Positions 39,211 through 51,334 of a stretch of 64,000 bases of DNA are shown one piece after another (positions within the stretch are counted from its first letter, which is position 1; each line of letters starts with the position of its first letter). The stretch spans positions 2,860 through 66,859 of the forward strand of contig OY970259.1 of the NCBI GenBank assembly GCA_963715645.1, in the 5' to 3' direction. Source of the stretch: an uncultured Thermoplasmata archaeon. GTDB taxonomy: Archaea; Thermoplasmatota; Thermoplasmata; Lutacidiplasmatales; UBA184. Under the pieces are notes generated by a model. The model searched no databases. It saw only the letters and a list, made by a program, of their open reading frames with translations, and was not told the DNA's origin. The translations under genes and the position numbers were made by a program.

Positions 39211-39960
39211 ATGCCCAACGCACCGTACCTCGACGCGAGCGTACGCTGGAAGCTGAAGAGCGGCGCCATCTCGTTCCAGGAGCCACGGACGGCCGAGGTG
39301 GTCGAGAACCTCCTCGACCTGGGCCTCGTGACCGAGGTCATCCGACCGATCGGGGCGGGGAAGGAGGCCGACGTCTTCCTCGCGCGCGACGGCCCGCGAT
39401 GGGTCGTCGTGAAGTCCTACCGCCTCTACCGGACCTCGAACCGCTCGCGCGGGTCCGTCAAAGCGGACGGGATGGGCCATCTCGCCTCGCGGGAGTTCGA
39501 GCTGCTGGGCTACGCCTGGGCGCACCGGGTGCCCGTGCCCGAGCCGATCCAGCGCGAGGAGAACGCCTTCACGATGGAGTATCTCGGCACCCCGGACCGT
39601 CCGGCCCCCCAGCTGCGCTCGGTGCGACTCGAGGACCCGGAACCGTTCGCCCGAACGTTGCTCGACGCCGTCGCGAGCCTCGCGAGCTCGGGGATCGTGC
39701 ACACGGACCTGAGCCCCTTCAACGTCCTCGTCCACGAGGACCGGCCCTGGCTGATCGACCTCGGCAAGGGGCTCCGGGTCGACCGGCTGGGGGCTTCCCC
39801 GTGGATGCGGATCGAGGAGGCACGGGCCAGCCTCGCCCACGGACTTGATGCGCTCCGACGCTATTTCCGCCGCTACGGACTGGAGGTGGATACCGGGCCG
39901 ACCCTCGCGGCGATCCTCCACCAGATCGACGGGAGCGGCCGTTCGGCGGCGCTCGAGTAG
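39211..39960 (+). CDS. RIO-type serine/threonine protein kinase
   Basis: Intact. IGAGKEADVFLA, EFELLGYAWAHRVPVPEP, FTMEYLG, IVHTDLSPFNVLV, WLIDLG. Confidence 0.7.
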   Translation: MPNAPYLDASVRWKLKSGAISFQEPRTAEVVENLLDLGLVTEVIRPIGAGKEADVFLARDGPRWVVVKSYRLYRTSNRSRGSVKADGMGHLASREFELLGYAWAHRVPVPEPIQREENAFTMEYLGTPDRPAPQLRSVRLEDPEPFARTLLDAVASLASSGIVHTDLSPFNVLVHEDRPWLIDLGKGLRVDRLGASPWMRIEEARASLAHGLDALRRYFRRYGLEVDTGPTLAAILHQIDGSGRSAALE

Positions 39961-40012
39961 ACCGAACGAACGAACGAGCGCCGGACGGGATCCGAGCGGA
40001 GACGGGTGCGGC

Positions 40013-40210
40013 TCAGGCCTTCGCCGGCTTGACCTTGGCCGGCGGAGGGCTCTTCGACTCGGAGTAGCCGCACCGACCGCACGAGCGGCGGTTGGCGTGC
40101 TCCGCGAGGAACGTGCCGGGGCCGCACTTCGGGCAGGAACGGTGCGTGCGCTCGAGGGTGTCCCCCTTCAGCCCATACATCCCGACGCGAGCCTTCGCCA
40201 TGGGGGTCAC
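40013..40210 (-). CDS. rps27ae: 30S ribosomal protein S27ae (eS31)
   Basis: [28 protein letters not shown] zinc ribbon. GTG 40210 overlaps the rps24e stop (GTGA). ATG 40201 is an alternative start. Confidence 0.85.
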   Translation of the reverse strand: MTPMAKARVGMYGLKGDTLERTHRSCPKCGPGTFLAEHANRRSCGRCGYSESKSPPPAKVKPAKA

Positions 40211-40584
40211 TCCTTCTTGGCGGCATCGGGCGGAACGGGAGCGGGCGGGGCCGCTGGCGCCTCGGTCGTGGCGGCGGCCCCCGGCGTGGCCTTGGTCGGC
40301 TTCTCCTTGAGCCGATTGCGGATCAGGATGTGCTCGCGGACGATGGCCTTCGCGGCGTCCGCGCTCTCGTAGACCATCGCCTCGCCGCGGGTGGTGGCGG
40401 TGCCGTAGCGCGCGCGCATCCGCTCGATGATCACGCGGTCCTTCGGGGCGTTCGCGACCTTGGCGAACTCCGTCCGTACGTCGTCTCGTTTGGGGGTGGC
40501 CGCGGTGGCGTGGCTGATCTCGAACGAGAACTCGCGCCGCTTGAGCAGCGGGTTCAGCTTCTCTTCGAGGACCTTAATCTCCAC
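40207..40584 (-). CDS. rps24e: 30S ribosomal protein S24e (eS24)
   Basis: GTG 40584 gives [60 protein letters not shown]. Confidence 0.85.
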   Translation of the reverse strand: MEIKVLEEKLNPLLKRREFSFEISHATAATPKRDDVRTEFAKVANAPKDRVIIERMRARYGTATTRGEAMVYESADAAKAIVREHILIRNRLKEKPTKATPGAAATTEAPAAPPAPVPPDAAKKE

Positions 40585-41103
40585 GGGTGATTCTCCTCGG
40601 TTCCATCTGGGCCAACAACTGTCGGACGTGTCCCTTCGCGCGGGCGTCCACCTCAACGAAGGAGACCCCCTCACCCGGGATACCGTATATAACCGTGGCC
40701 CCGGCGGGGAGCGATTCGACGAGCGCGAGGGAGCCCAGGTCCTCCTCCCCGTCGACCTCGATGAGCCCGCCCCCGGATTTGACGAGCTCGCGGACGGTCC
40801 TCCGCAACGTCTCGGTCAGCACGCCGGCCGGGTTCTAAACGCGCACCCGGCGTCGCTCGGCCGAGCTCGCGGAAGGCGTCCGGGGGGATCGGTTCCTTCC
40901 GTTGCGTCTTGTAGTCCACGATCCCGATCGAGCGGAAGGCGGTGGAGCTCGATCGCCCGCTGCGTGACCCGGTCCCCGCACGAGGCGAAGAGCCCGAGCG
41001 CCTCGACGTGACGGTCGGCCTCGGCGCCCGCGTACACCGGCCCGTACCGCTCCGCCAACGTGGGACGCAGGGCCGGCGGGACCGCCCAAGCGGCGCTCGT
41101 CAC
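40574..41103 (-). CDS. DUF359/COG1909 protein (archaeal GTP-dependent dephospho-CoA kinase family), 2-3 frame changes
   Basis: SCGDRVTQRAIELHRLP (ORF 40816-41424), IVDYKTQRKEPIPP (ORF 40671-40919), LIEVDGEEDLGSLALVESLPAGATVIYGIPGEG (ORF 40574-40822). GTG 41103 overlaps the spt4 stop. Confidence 0.55.
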
Positions 41104-41285
41104 TTGACGCGGAGCGCGTACCGGCCCGCGGCATGGATCCCCATCTTCCGGGCGATCTCGGAGCGCTCGGGGTCGATGACGACCAGGTACCCCTGCCACT
41201 CGCGAGAGACCTCGCCCCCGCACTTCGGGCACTTGTTCTGGTCGGTGATCGTGTTGCAGGTCTTGCACGCCTTGAGGTTGATCAT
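41100..41285 (-). CDS. spt4: transcription elongation factor Spt4 (RpoE'')
   Basis: MINLKACKTCNTITDQNKCPKCGGEVSREWQGYLVVIDPERSEIARKMGIHAAGRYALRVK. Confidence 0.85.
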   Translation of the reverse strand: MINLKACKTCNTITDQNKCPKCGGEVSREWQGYLVVIDPERSEIARKMGIHAAGRYALRVK

Positions 41286-41945
41286 CGGACACTCGCCGCC
41301 GGCGTCGCGGGCTTGGCCGCAGGGACGGCCGGCTTGCGGGGTCGAGGCCGACTTCTTGCCGCCGGCCGGGGCACCCTTCTTGCCGCCCTTGTCCTCGCTC
41401 TTCTTGTGGGCCTCGACGATCCACTCGAGCCGGCCGAGCGCGGGCTGCCGCATCGTGAGCCCGATCCGGCTGTCCCGCGGCGATATCTCCGAGAGCGACA
41501 GCGAAACGACCCGGGCTCGGACCTTGTAGCCGACCTTGAGGTCCCGCTTGGTCTCGACGCCGACCAGCCGCTGATTGTGCTCGTCGATGTTGACGCGGTC
41601 GTCCATCACCTGCGAGACGTGGAGGAGCCCGTCGAGGGGGCCGAATCGAACAAAGGCCCCGAACTTGCGGATCTCCACGACCGCTCCCTCGACGACCTCC
41701 TGGATCTCGGGCCGGAAGAGCAGCGCCTGGTACTCGACCTCCTGGTAGACCCCGCCGTCCCCGTGGATGATGTGGCCCTCGCCGATCGCCTTCACGTCAC
41801 GGATCGTCACGGCGAGGTTCTGACCGTCGACCAGCTTCCCCTCGAACTGCTGCTGGGCCAGCTCGGTGAGGACCGTGCCGACCTCCGGGCCGAGACGCTC
41901 CGGCGGGATGCGGACTACGTCCCGGCGATGGTCGAGATAGTACAT
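41286..41945 (-). CDS. rpoE: DNA-directed RNA polymerase subunit E' (Rpo7), with no stop codon before spt4 as assembled
   Basis: ATG 41945 gives MYYLDHRRDVVRIPPERLG. S1 domain is GAVVEIRKFGAFVRFGPLDGLLHVSQV. A Lys/Gly-rich tail runs in frame into spt4. Confidence 0.85.
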
Positions 41946-42112
41946 GCTCCGCGCGCGAGCGGAGTGGCCTATAATATTCTTGGGGTCGTGGCAGACGGCC
42001 GGCCGAGACGCGCGGTTGCCCGGGGGGCGACCCCGGGGTCGTGCGGGCGCCTCCGGCCCCCGCAGGTGCCGAACGGAAGAGTAGAACATCCACTGGCCCC
42101 CTGGTGAGGGAG

Positions 42113-42800
42113 ATGGCCCGCCCTTCCGGAGCCGACCCGGCACGCACCCGGCCCGCCTCCCGTCGGTCGACCATTCCGGCCCTCTCGCTACCCCCCGACC
42201 TAGCGCTGCCGCTTCGGCAGGAGGTGCGCCTGCCCGAACTCCCCTGGCCACGGGTCACCGAGGCGATTCGGTCGACGCTCGGGTCGGCGGGTTTTCGAAT
42301 CGTCTCCATTCTCGAGGTGCCCGGGCCGAGGGGGAAGGCGGACCTCTCGGGGTTCCCGGATCGATCCGAGACGCTCGCGGAGCGGCGGCGACGCAGCGTA
42401 CCCATGGCCCCCCACACCCAGGTGTCGGTCTACGCGCTGTTGGGGGCGGGGTTGGGACTTGGACTGTTTGACGCACTGGCCGTCCAAGCTCCCATCCTCG
42501 CCCTTCCGTGGGCCGGCGGCGCGGCGGCCGTCGCCGCCCTGTTCTGGTATCGGTACGGACGGTCCTTCGACAGCGAGGTCGTGCTGGTCGTGTTCCGGAA
42601 GGGCCCGCAGGGAGGGGTCGAGGGGCCGTCCGGTGGTTCGCTTCCTTCCATCGCCTGGTTCGTGGGGCGGGTCCGGTCGGACGCGCGCGGGTCGAGGCGC
42701 ACCGGCACGCAGGCGACCGTCCCCTCGGGCCTGGCCCGAACGGCGGGAGCGCTCGCTCGAGACTTCCAGGAGCGCCTCGCCGTGGGGAGTGCCGAGCTAG
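42113..42800 (+). CDS. hypothetical membrane protein (boundaries uncertain)
   Basis: Part of ORF 42041-43099: TEAIRSTLGSAGFRIVSILEVPG ... VSVYALLGAGLGLGLFDALAVQAPILALPWAGGAAAVAALFWY. Beyond ~42800 the ORF is antisense to GAPDH. Confidence 0.3.
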
Positions 42801-43842
42801 GGGTTCGCCCCCGGGACTGGGCCGGGGGGGTGAGGCCGAGGGCACGGTCGGTGATCGCGATCGAGTGCGCGGCGTCCGGGGCGAGGTCGAACATCGCGCG
42901 GAGCGCGTCGATGTTCTCCGGTACCACGACCGATTCCTGGTGGATCGCCTGGAAGAACGTGGCGTCCCGACCCTCGACTCGGACCCCCTGCTCCCAGAGG
43001 ACGTTCTCCATCATGTCCGCGCGACCCAAGCCCCGGTCCCGAGCGAACTCCATGACCTGGGGCGTGCCCTCGACGCCTTCCCAGCCGGCGAAGACGTAGA
43101 ACCGAGGGCTCCGCCGGAACGCCTCCAGCAGTTCGACCCCGTCCTTCGGCCCGGACTCGAACCGGACGTAGTTGACATGCACGTGCATCAGGGTGGTCGG
43201 CACCACCACCGCGGTGGTGGAGATGTGGAGCTTCGGGATGATCGTGTTGACGTCGTGGCCGTGGTGGGAGGGGATCTGGAAGGTCGGAAGGATCCCATTG
43301 AGCGGGCCCCGCTTCGTCTCGGCGGGGTCGGCGGCGCGCCGGACGATCGTCGCTTCCCAGTGTTCGATGTTCCACCGGGAGCTGAGGACGGCCGCGGCGC
43401 GGGCGAGCCCGGTCGTGTTGCACGAGACCACCCGTACGCTCTTCCGGCCCTTCGCGGCCGGGTAGTTCGCGAGCGCATTGAACGAGACCTCCGCCACGTC
43501 GGCCTTCTCCCCGCCTTGGAAGACCGCCCGGACCCCCACCTTCGCGTAGAGCCGGGCGTTCTCCTGGCCGACCTTGTCCGGGGCGGCGTCGATCACGACA
43601 TCCACCTTGCCGAGAAGCTCCTCGACGCGGCCGGCCGTTGGGATCCCGGCCTTCTCGAAGGCCCGGGGGTCGCCGTCACCGGCGACGTAGAGACGGTAGC
43701 CGCTCTGGACCGCTAGGCGAGCCTCGAAGCTCGGTCGGGTCTTCGCGACCCCCACGAGGGTCATGTCCGGCTGCTTCGCCACGGCTGCAGCGACACGCTT
43801 GCCGATGGTGCCGTACCCGTTGACCGCGACCCGGAGCGCCAT
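42797..43842 (-). CDS. gap: archaeal type II glyceraldehyde-3-phosphate dehydrogenase; the C-terminal stop is displaced as assembled (track ORF runs to 42430)
   Basis: VAVNGYGTIGKRVA, VVSCNTTGL, IPSHHGHDV, VVPENIDALRAM. Homology ends near 42820. One extra C in the C7 run (42824-42830) would end the protein at TAG 42797. Confidence 0.9.
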
Positions 43843-43945
43843 TTCGAGCCCCCGGCCCTGTCGAGCCGGCGGGGGTTAAAGGCGTTCCCGGCTTGGGGGG
43901 GTCCCCCGAAACCTTTAGCCTCGAGAACCGTCGCGCCGGAGGACC

Positions 43946-45138
43946 ATGGACTTTCGGCTGAGCGACGAGGAAGAGGCGTTCCAAGGCGCCGTGCGCAAGT
44001 TCGGCGACCGGGTGCTCCGCCCGAACGAGCGGAAGATCGACGCCGAGGGGCGCATCCCGGACGACGTCCTCGCCGAGATGGCCCACCTGGGACTTCTCGC
44101 GATGCCCGGTCCCGACCGAGTACGGCGGGATGGGCGCCTCGGCCATCCTCACGGAGATCGCGGCGGAGGAGGTGGGCCGAGGGGATTTCTCCATGGCGAC
44201 CGCCGTCTTCTTCCTGCTCGAGGCCGGATGGGGTCACATCCTCGCGACCTACGGCACCGAGGAGGCGAAGCGCGAGGTCCTCCCATCGGTCTGCGCCGGA
44301 AAGGCGTTCCTCGGCATCGCCATCGACGGAACCGACGGGGGGGAGCGACCTGGCCCGCATGCGGACGACCTCCAAGAAGGACGGGCCCTCGTTCCTCCTC
44401 CACGGCGAGAAGTCGTTCGTCTCCGGGGTCGAGGAGGCGAAGCGGCTCGGGGGTGGCCACCTCACGCTCTCTCGGGCGGAAGAGGGGGGGTTCCGATTCC
44501 TCTACGTGCCGACCCGCAGCGACGGGATCGCCACCCAGAAGTTCGAGAACCTCGGACGGATGGGGATCTCGACCGGCGCCCTCACCTACCAGGACGCTCG
44601 GGTCCCGGCCAAGTTCCTGCTCGGGACCGACGGCAAGGGGTTCGACATCGCGATGGAGGGGTTCTCGGTCGCCCGCACGTACGTGGCCGCCGCCTGCATC
44701 GGCGCCGCCGAACGAGCGCTCGAGACCGGGATGGCCTACATCCGGGAACGCCAAGCGTTCGGACAACCCCTCGGGAAGTTCGAAGGAATCCAGTTCGAGC
44801 TGGTCGACCTGTGGGCCCAGGTCGAGGCGGTGAAGTGGCAGTGCCGACGCGCGGCCTGGCTGCTCGATACCTACACCCTCAAGGGGGACCGGTCCCACCG
44901 CTCCGAGGTCGACCGAGCGGTGGCGAGCGTCAAGCTGATGGCACCGCAGGTGGCCTTCGAGTGCGTGAAACGCGTCATGATGTGGTTCGGCGCCGCCGGG
45001 TACACCAAGGACGTGGGCCTCGAGCTCGGCTTCCGGGGGGTCATGTCGTATCTGGTCGGCGCCGAGGGCGGGCTCAACATCATGCGGATCATCATCGGAC
45101 GCGAGCTCCTCGGCAAGGAGTTCGTCCCGTACAAGTGA
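43946..45138 (+). CDS. acyl-CoA dehydrogenase, at least 2 frame changes
   Basis: Pieces are in ORFs 43946-44833 (MDFRLSDEEEAFQGAVRKF), 44130-45854 (ILTEIAAEEVGRGDFSMATAVFF..) and 44359-45138 (FGQPLGKFEGIQFELVDLW..MRIIIGRELLG). Confidence 0.85.
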
Positions 45139-45145
45139 GGATGCG

Positions 45146-46177
45146 GTGCCTCGTCGGCCCTCGCCCGGTTCCTCCCCAATCCACGAGCGGGAGTTCCATG
45201 CCTGGCTCGCTCGCGCCCTCCCGGCGGGCAAGAAAGGGCTGCTCCCCTTGGGGGACGACGCCGCCGCCCTCGTCCCGCCTCCCGGACAGCGTCGCGGTCC
45301 TGACGACGGACGCGCTGGTCGAGGGGACTCACTTCCTAGCCGGACTCTCCTCCCGCGTGGATCGGCCGGGCCGCCGCCAGCGTCAGCCTCTCGGACGCCG
45401 CGGCGAAGGGGTCGCGGCCGGCGGGCCTTCTCATCGCGCTCCTCCTGCCCGTCGGAACTCCCCGTCGCTGGGCGCAATCGGTGGCCCTCGGGGCGGACCG
45501 GATGGGCCGGAGCTTTGGGGCTCCCCTGGTCGGGGGCGACACCAAGCCCTCCCCCACCCGGTCCGTCGTCAGCACCGTGATCGGTTGGGGCCAGAAAGGA
45601 CGACTCGCCCCGCGGGCCGCCGCACGCCCCGGGGACGTCGTCGTGACCACGGGAACGGTCGGTCGGGGCGGACTGGCCGCCTATCGTTGGGAGACCTGCG
45701 ACCGGTCTCCGAGCGGGCGGCGGCGAGCGCTCCGGGAGCTGCTCGACGTGCGTCCTCGGGTCCGCGAGGGCGTCGTCCTCTCCCGATGGGCGCACGCGAT
45801 GCTCGATACCTCGGACGGGATCGCGGACGCCAGCCGCCTTCTCGCCGAAGCTAGCCAGGTCCGTATCGTGATCGCGGAGGGGCAGGTCCCCGTGGACCCG
45901 GGGCTGAAGGCGCTCCCCTCGGCGGCTCGGGCGCGTGCCATCGTGTATGGGGGAGATTACGAGCTCCTGGCGGCGCTCCCCCCGACGAGGGTCGCGGGCG
46001 CCGTGGCGGCCGTACGTGTCGGCCGGCGGGCACCTCACCGCGATCGGTTGGGTCGAACGGGGTTCGGGAAGCTGGATCCGGTCCGGTGCCTCCCGCGACC
46101 CCGCGTTGCGGGAGGAGATGCCGAGGGGGGGTTGGCGGCCGTTCGAATCTCCCGTCCCGCCTCCTCGAGAACGGTAG
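45146..46177 (+). CDS. thiL: thiamine-monophosphate kinase, several frame changes
   Basis: LPLGDDAAAL, AVLTTDALVEGTHF, APLVGGDTKPS, RPGDVVVTTGTVG, MLDTSDGIADA, VYGGDYELLAAL, IGWVERGSG, spread over four ORFs/frames. Confidence 0.75.
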
Positions 46178-46275
46178 GTCGTCACTTGTCGATACGCCAC
46201 GTCGTGCCGTCGCAGGGACGCGCCATCCTCAAGTAGCCGTCGACCCGATTTCGTCTCCACCTTCTGGGGTACCAC

Positions 46276-47557
<1,282 letters not shown>

Positions 47558-47572
47558 GTCGACGGCGCGGCG

Positions 47573-48195
47573 ATGGGGGACCTCCCGCGCTGCCGCGCGG
47601 CGACCTGGGCCGACGTCGACCGGTGGGCCGACAGCCTCGAAGAGCGGGTCCGGGCCGACCGGTCCCTCCGGAGACGATCGTCGGCCTGACCCGCGGAGGC
47701 TGGGTGCCCGGCTCGGCTCCTGGCCGACCGCCTCGGGGTCCACCGGGTCGTCTCCCTCCGCGCCCAGCACTGGGGCGTCACGGCGACCCCCACGGGGGCG
47801 GCCACGCTCACCGAGGGCCTCTCGGGCCCGGTGAAGGACCAACGGGTCCTGGTCGTGGACGACATCACCGACACCGGCGACAGTCTCGCGGCTCGGCGGT
47901 CGAGCACGTCCGGGCCGCCGGGCCGACCCACGTCGAGAGCGCGGCGTTCCTGCACATCGCGCACTCGAAGTTCGTGCCGACCTACTACGCCGAGGAGATC
48001 CCCCGGGGCCCTGGGCCTGGGTCGTCTTCCCCTGGAACTACTGGGAGGACATTGCGCACCCTCGCGGTCCGGGCCGCGGAGATCGCGCCCGGCCTCGAAG
48101 CGGTCCGGGCGACCCTGCAGGAGAGGGCGGGCCTCGACGTACCGCTGGCCGACCTGCGCCGCGTCGCCCGGCACCAGCCCCTCCTGAACGGCTGA
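47573..48195 (+). CDS. type I phosphoribosyltransferase (purine PRT-like), several frame changes
   Basis: IVGLTRGGWVPA and the PRPP motif RVLVVDDITDTGDS. C-terminal FVPTYYAEEIP ... WVVFPWNYWED is read across frames. The end of ORF 47362-48195 gives the stop. Confidence 0.65.
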
Positions 48196-48243
48196 GCCCG
48201 GCTTCGCGAACGGGCGGCGCGCTCGCGCCGCCGGACGGGCCGC

Positions 48244-49336
48244 CTATCCCCCGAGCGTGTCCGCCGGAGCCCGCCGGGCGACCGACTTCCAGGTACCTGC
48301 TGGAGGCCGCCGGCGCCGAGGATCGAGCGAGCCCGATCCCCAGGAGGGAGACGAGGAGCGGCAGGGAGGAGTTCGGGAGCACGCTCTCGAGGTACCGAAC
48401 GAGGTTGAGGATCCCGAAGCTGAGCACGCCGATCCCGAGGATCGAGATCGCGGCCACGGCGAATCCGCGCGGGAACCGGCCCCGCGCGAACGTGCGCCGA
48501 ACGGCCCGGCCCAACTCCCACACGAGGGCGCCGGCGATCCACCAGATGAGCCCGGCCTCGATGAAGAAGACGATCCGGATCAGGGGGGCGCTCGCGAGGT
48601 GCGCGGCATAGGAGTTGTACCCCTCGAGGAACCCGACGCCCGACGAGCGCGACCGAGAACAGCCCGAACCCGAAAGCGGCCGAGCCCTGCCGGATATCGG
48701 TGGAGGCGGAGCGGACGCGAGTCGATGATCGCCTCGTCGATGTCGAACGTCCAGAAGATGAGGTAGATCCCGAGGAGGATCGCGAGCCCGATCACTCCCC
48801 AGAGGAGGACCCCCCCGGCGGCGGCGATCCCGAGCGTCAGGAGCACGAGGGCGAACGGGAGGACCGTCTTCGCCCGCAGCTTGGGGTCCTTGAGGGCCCG
48901 CACGAGCGTGTAGTACGTCGACTCGATGCGAGGCGCTCTGCCGGACGTAGACCCGGCGGACGCCGTCGATGCGGACCCGCGACGCAAGGATCGGGAACAG
49001 GTACTCGTCCTCGGCCCCGTCGCTGACGAGGTAGGCCGACGTGGCCCGGACCCGCTCGAGGACCTGGTCGAACTGGTCGGCGACCCGCCGGTCGGAGAGC
49101 ACCCCGACCTTCGGCGAGCCCGTGAGCACGCAGACCTCGCAGTCCTCGCCCGCGCCGCGGAGCTCGTCGAGCAGGCTGACCGCCGCGAAGATGGCGTTGG
49201 TGTCGGAATCCTCGGGGTCGGCGATCGCGAGCCGGGTCGCCGCGTCGACCGCCTGCGCGCGCCCGACGACCGGGCCGGAGACGCCAGCCTTCCGGCCCAG
49301 ATCGTCGTCGCGGTCGACGCAGACCACGAGGCGCAT
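48244..49336 (-). CDS. DUF373-family archaeal membrane protein, several frame changes (3' end uncertain)
   Basis: ATG 49336 gives MRLVVCVDRDDDLGRKAGVSGPVVGR..DPEDSDTNAIFAAV..LVSDGAEDEYLFPILASRV. TM segments are in ORFs 48580-48987 and 48038-49747. Confidence 0.65.
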
Positions 49337-49498
49337 GGCCCAGACAGATACGCCGGTCGGTGGGCTTAACAGCTTGGGTCGACGGCGTCGCGTGTCCGAC
49401 AGGGCCGAACGACTGTCCGCCGATTCGCTCGGACAGGGCGGGACGCCCCGCCGCGCATAGCCGTTATACCTCCGGGCTCCTCCCTGACGCAGCTTCCC

Positions 49499-50932
49499 AT
49501 GGCCGAGCTCCCGGACAAGCAGACGCAGTTCATCGACTGGTACCTCGCGGTGGTCGAGGCAGCGGAGCCTCTCCGACAAGCGGTACGGCGTGAAGGGGAT
49601 GAACGTCTGGACCCCGTACGGGTTCCGGGCGCGGCGCAACCTCGACGCGGTGATGATCCGGGAGATCGAGGCGACCGGTTCCGAGGCGGTCGAGTTCCCG
49701 ACCCTCATCCCCGCGACCGAGTTCGCGAAGGAGAAGGAGCACATCAAGGGGTTCGACGCCCAGGTCTACTGGGTCACGAAGGGCGGAGCTCTCCGCGCTC
49801 GACGTCCCGCTCGTCCTCCGCCCGACGAGCGAGACCGCGATGTACCCGGTCTTCGCGCTCTGGGTCCGCTCCCACCAGGACCTCCCGCTCAACGTCTACC
49901 AGATCGTCAACACGTTCCGCTACGAGACCAAGACGACCCGTCCGTTCCTCCGGGTGCGCGAGATCCATTTCTTCGAGGAGCACACCTGCCAGGTCGACGA
50001 GGCGGCCGCGACCGCACGGGTCGCTCGAACCTCGCGGCGTTCGGCCGGATGGCCGCCGCGTTCGCCCTCCCGTTCCTCGCGGTCCGCCGACCGGAGTGGG
50101 ACAAGTTCGCGGGCGCGTACTACTCGATCGCCCTCGACATCCCGGTCGGGGAGGCCCGGACCCTCCAGATCGGAAGCGTCCACCACTACCGCGAGAACTT
50201 CTCGGGCCCGTACGGGATCCGGTACGAGGCCGCCGACGGGGATCCCGCGCCTCGTCCACCAGACGACGTTCGGCCTCTCGGAGCGGCTGCTCGGGGCGAT
50301 CCTCGCGGTCCACGGAGACGCGAAGGGCGCGGTCTTCCCCCGCGCGATCGCCCCGTACGAGGTCGTGGTCATCCCGATCCTTTCGGCGATCGGCCGGTGA
50401 CCTCCCCCGTCGCACCGCGACGGAGGTCAGCCGAGCGGCTCGCGCGGCACGGGCTCCGTGTCCATCTCGACGCCGGCCCGGAGCGACCCGGGTGCGAAGT
50501 ACTATCGCTGGGAGCTGCGCGGGGCGCCGCTCCGGATCGAGGTCGGGGCCCGCGAAGCCGCGGCGAACACGGTGACCGCGGTCGACCGGATGGGCGTCAA
50601 GAGCTCGCTATCGCTCGACCACCTCGAGGAGCAGGTCGAGGCGCGCGCTCGACGCGTTCGACCGGGCCCTGACCGAGCGCGCGCAGGTCGAGTTCCAGGG
50701 AGCGTTCCGCCTCGCCTCCTCGCTCGAGGAGCTCCGCGACTCGAAGACCGTCCGTCAGGTCGGCTGGTGCGGGAGCGAGGAATGCGGCCACCGGATCGAG
50801 GAAGCGATCGACGGGGCGTTGCTCGGAGTCCCCGAGGGGGCCCCGCCGGTGGCCGCGCCTCTGCCCGCTCGGTGCATCGCCTGCGGTAGCCTCGAGGGAA
50901 TCCGATGGGCGCTGGCGGGCCGCCCCCTCTGA
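49499..50932 (+). CDS. proS: prolyl-tRNA synthetase (archaeal/eukaryotic type), at least 5 frame changes
   Basis: FIDWYLAVVEAAE, YGVKGMNVWTPYG, LRPTSETAMYPVF, NTFRYETKTTRPFLRVREIHFFE, HQTTFGLSERLLGAIL, KYYRWELRGAPLRIEVG, C-terminal CGSEECG..CIACG. Spread over ORFs 49499-, 49590-, 49840-, 50458-. Confidence 0.88.
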
Positions 50933-50945
50933 GCCCTCGGGGCCC

Positions 50946-51203
50946 TTAGGGAGGTCGGGGAGCGGGCGTTGGGGGGTTCGGGAGCATCAGCCACATCCCG
51001 GCGAGGCCGAAGAGCAACAACGTGATCGTGACCGCGTAGACGCCGTTGTCCACCCAGACCCCGATACGAGAGCCCCCAGCCGACGTAGAACGACGACGGC
51101 GAGGACGACCAATCCGGCGAACCCCCAGAACGAGGCGCGTCGCGCCGGGCGCCATCGCCCGGAACGCGTCCGTGCCCTCGGGCGTCGTCTCCTCGGGAGG
51201 CAT
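50946..51203 (-). CDS. small hypothetical membrane protein (possibly frameshifted)
   Basis: TM-like GVYAVTITLLLFGLAGMWLML. A second TM-like stretch (GFAGLVVLAVVVL) lies in the neighbouring frame. Confidence 0.3.
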   Translation of the reverse strand: MPPEETTPEGTDAFRAMAPGATRLVLGVRRIGRPRRRRSTSAGGSRIGVWVDNGVYAVTITLLLFGLAGMWLMLPNPPTPAPRPP

Positions 51204-51334
51204 CTTCGGCCGCCGACCTGGGGTCCGTTAGATAACCCTTGCGGGCGGGGCGGAGGCGACCCACCTGCTCGCCCGCGCTCGGCTGCCTCCGATAGGGAGG
51301 GCTTTAACCGCGGAATCGCCCTAGAAGGGGTCCA

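Noticed and set aside
42430-42796. The 130-codon C-terminal extension of the GAPDH ORF as a genuine extra domain.
   Set aside because: It is low-complexity (Pro/Ala/Arg/Ser) and antisense to a plausible + strand membrane-protein gene. A single homopolymer correction removes it.
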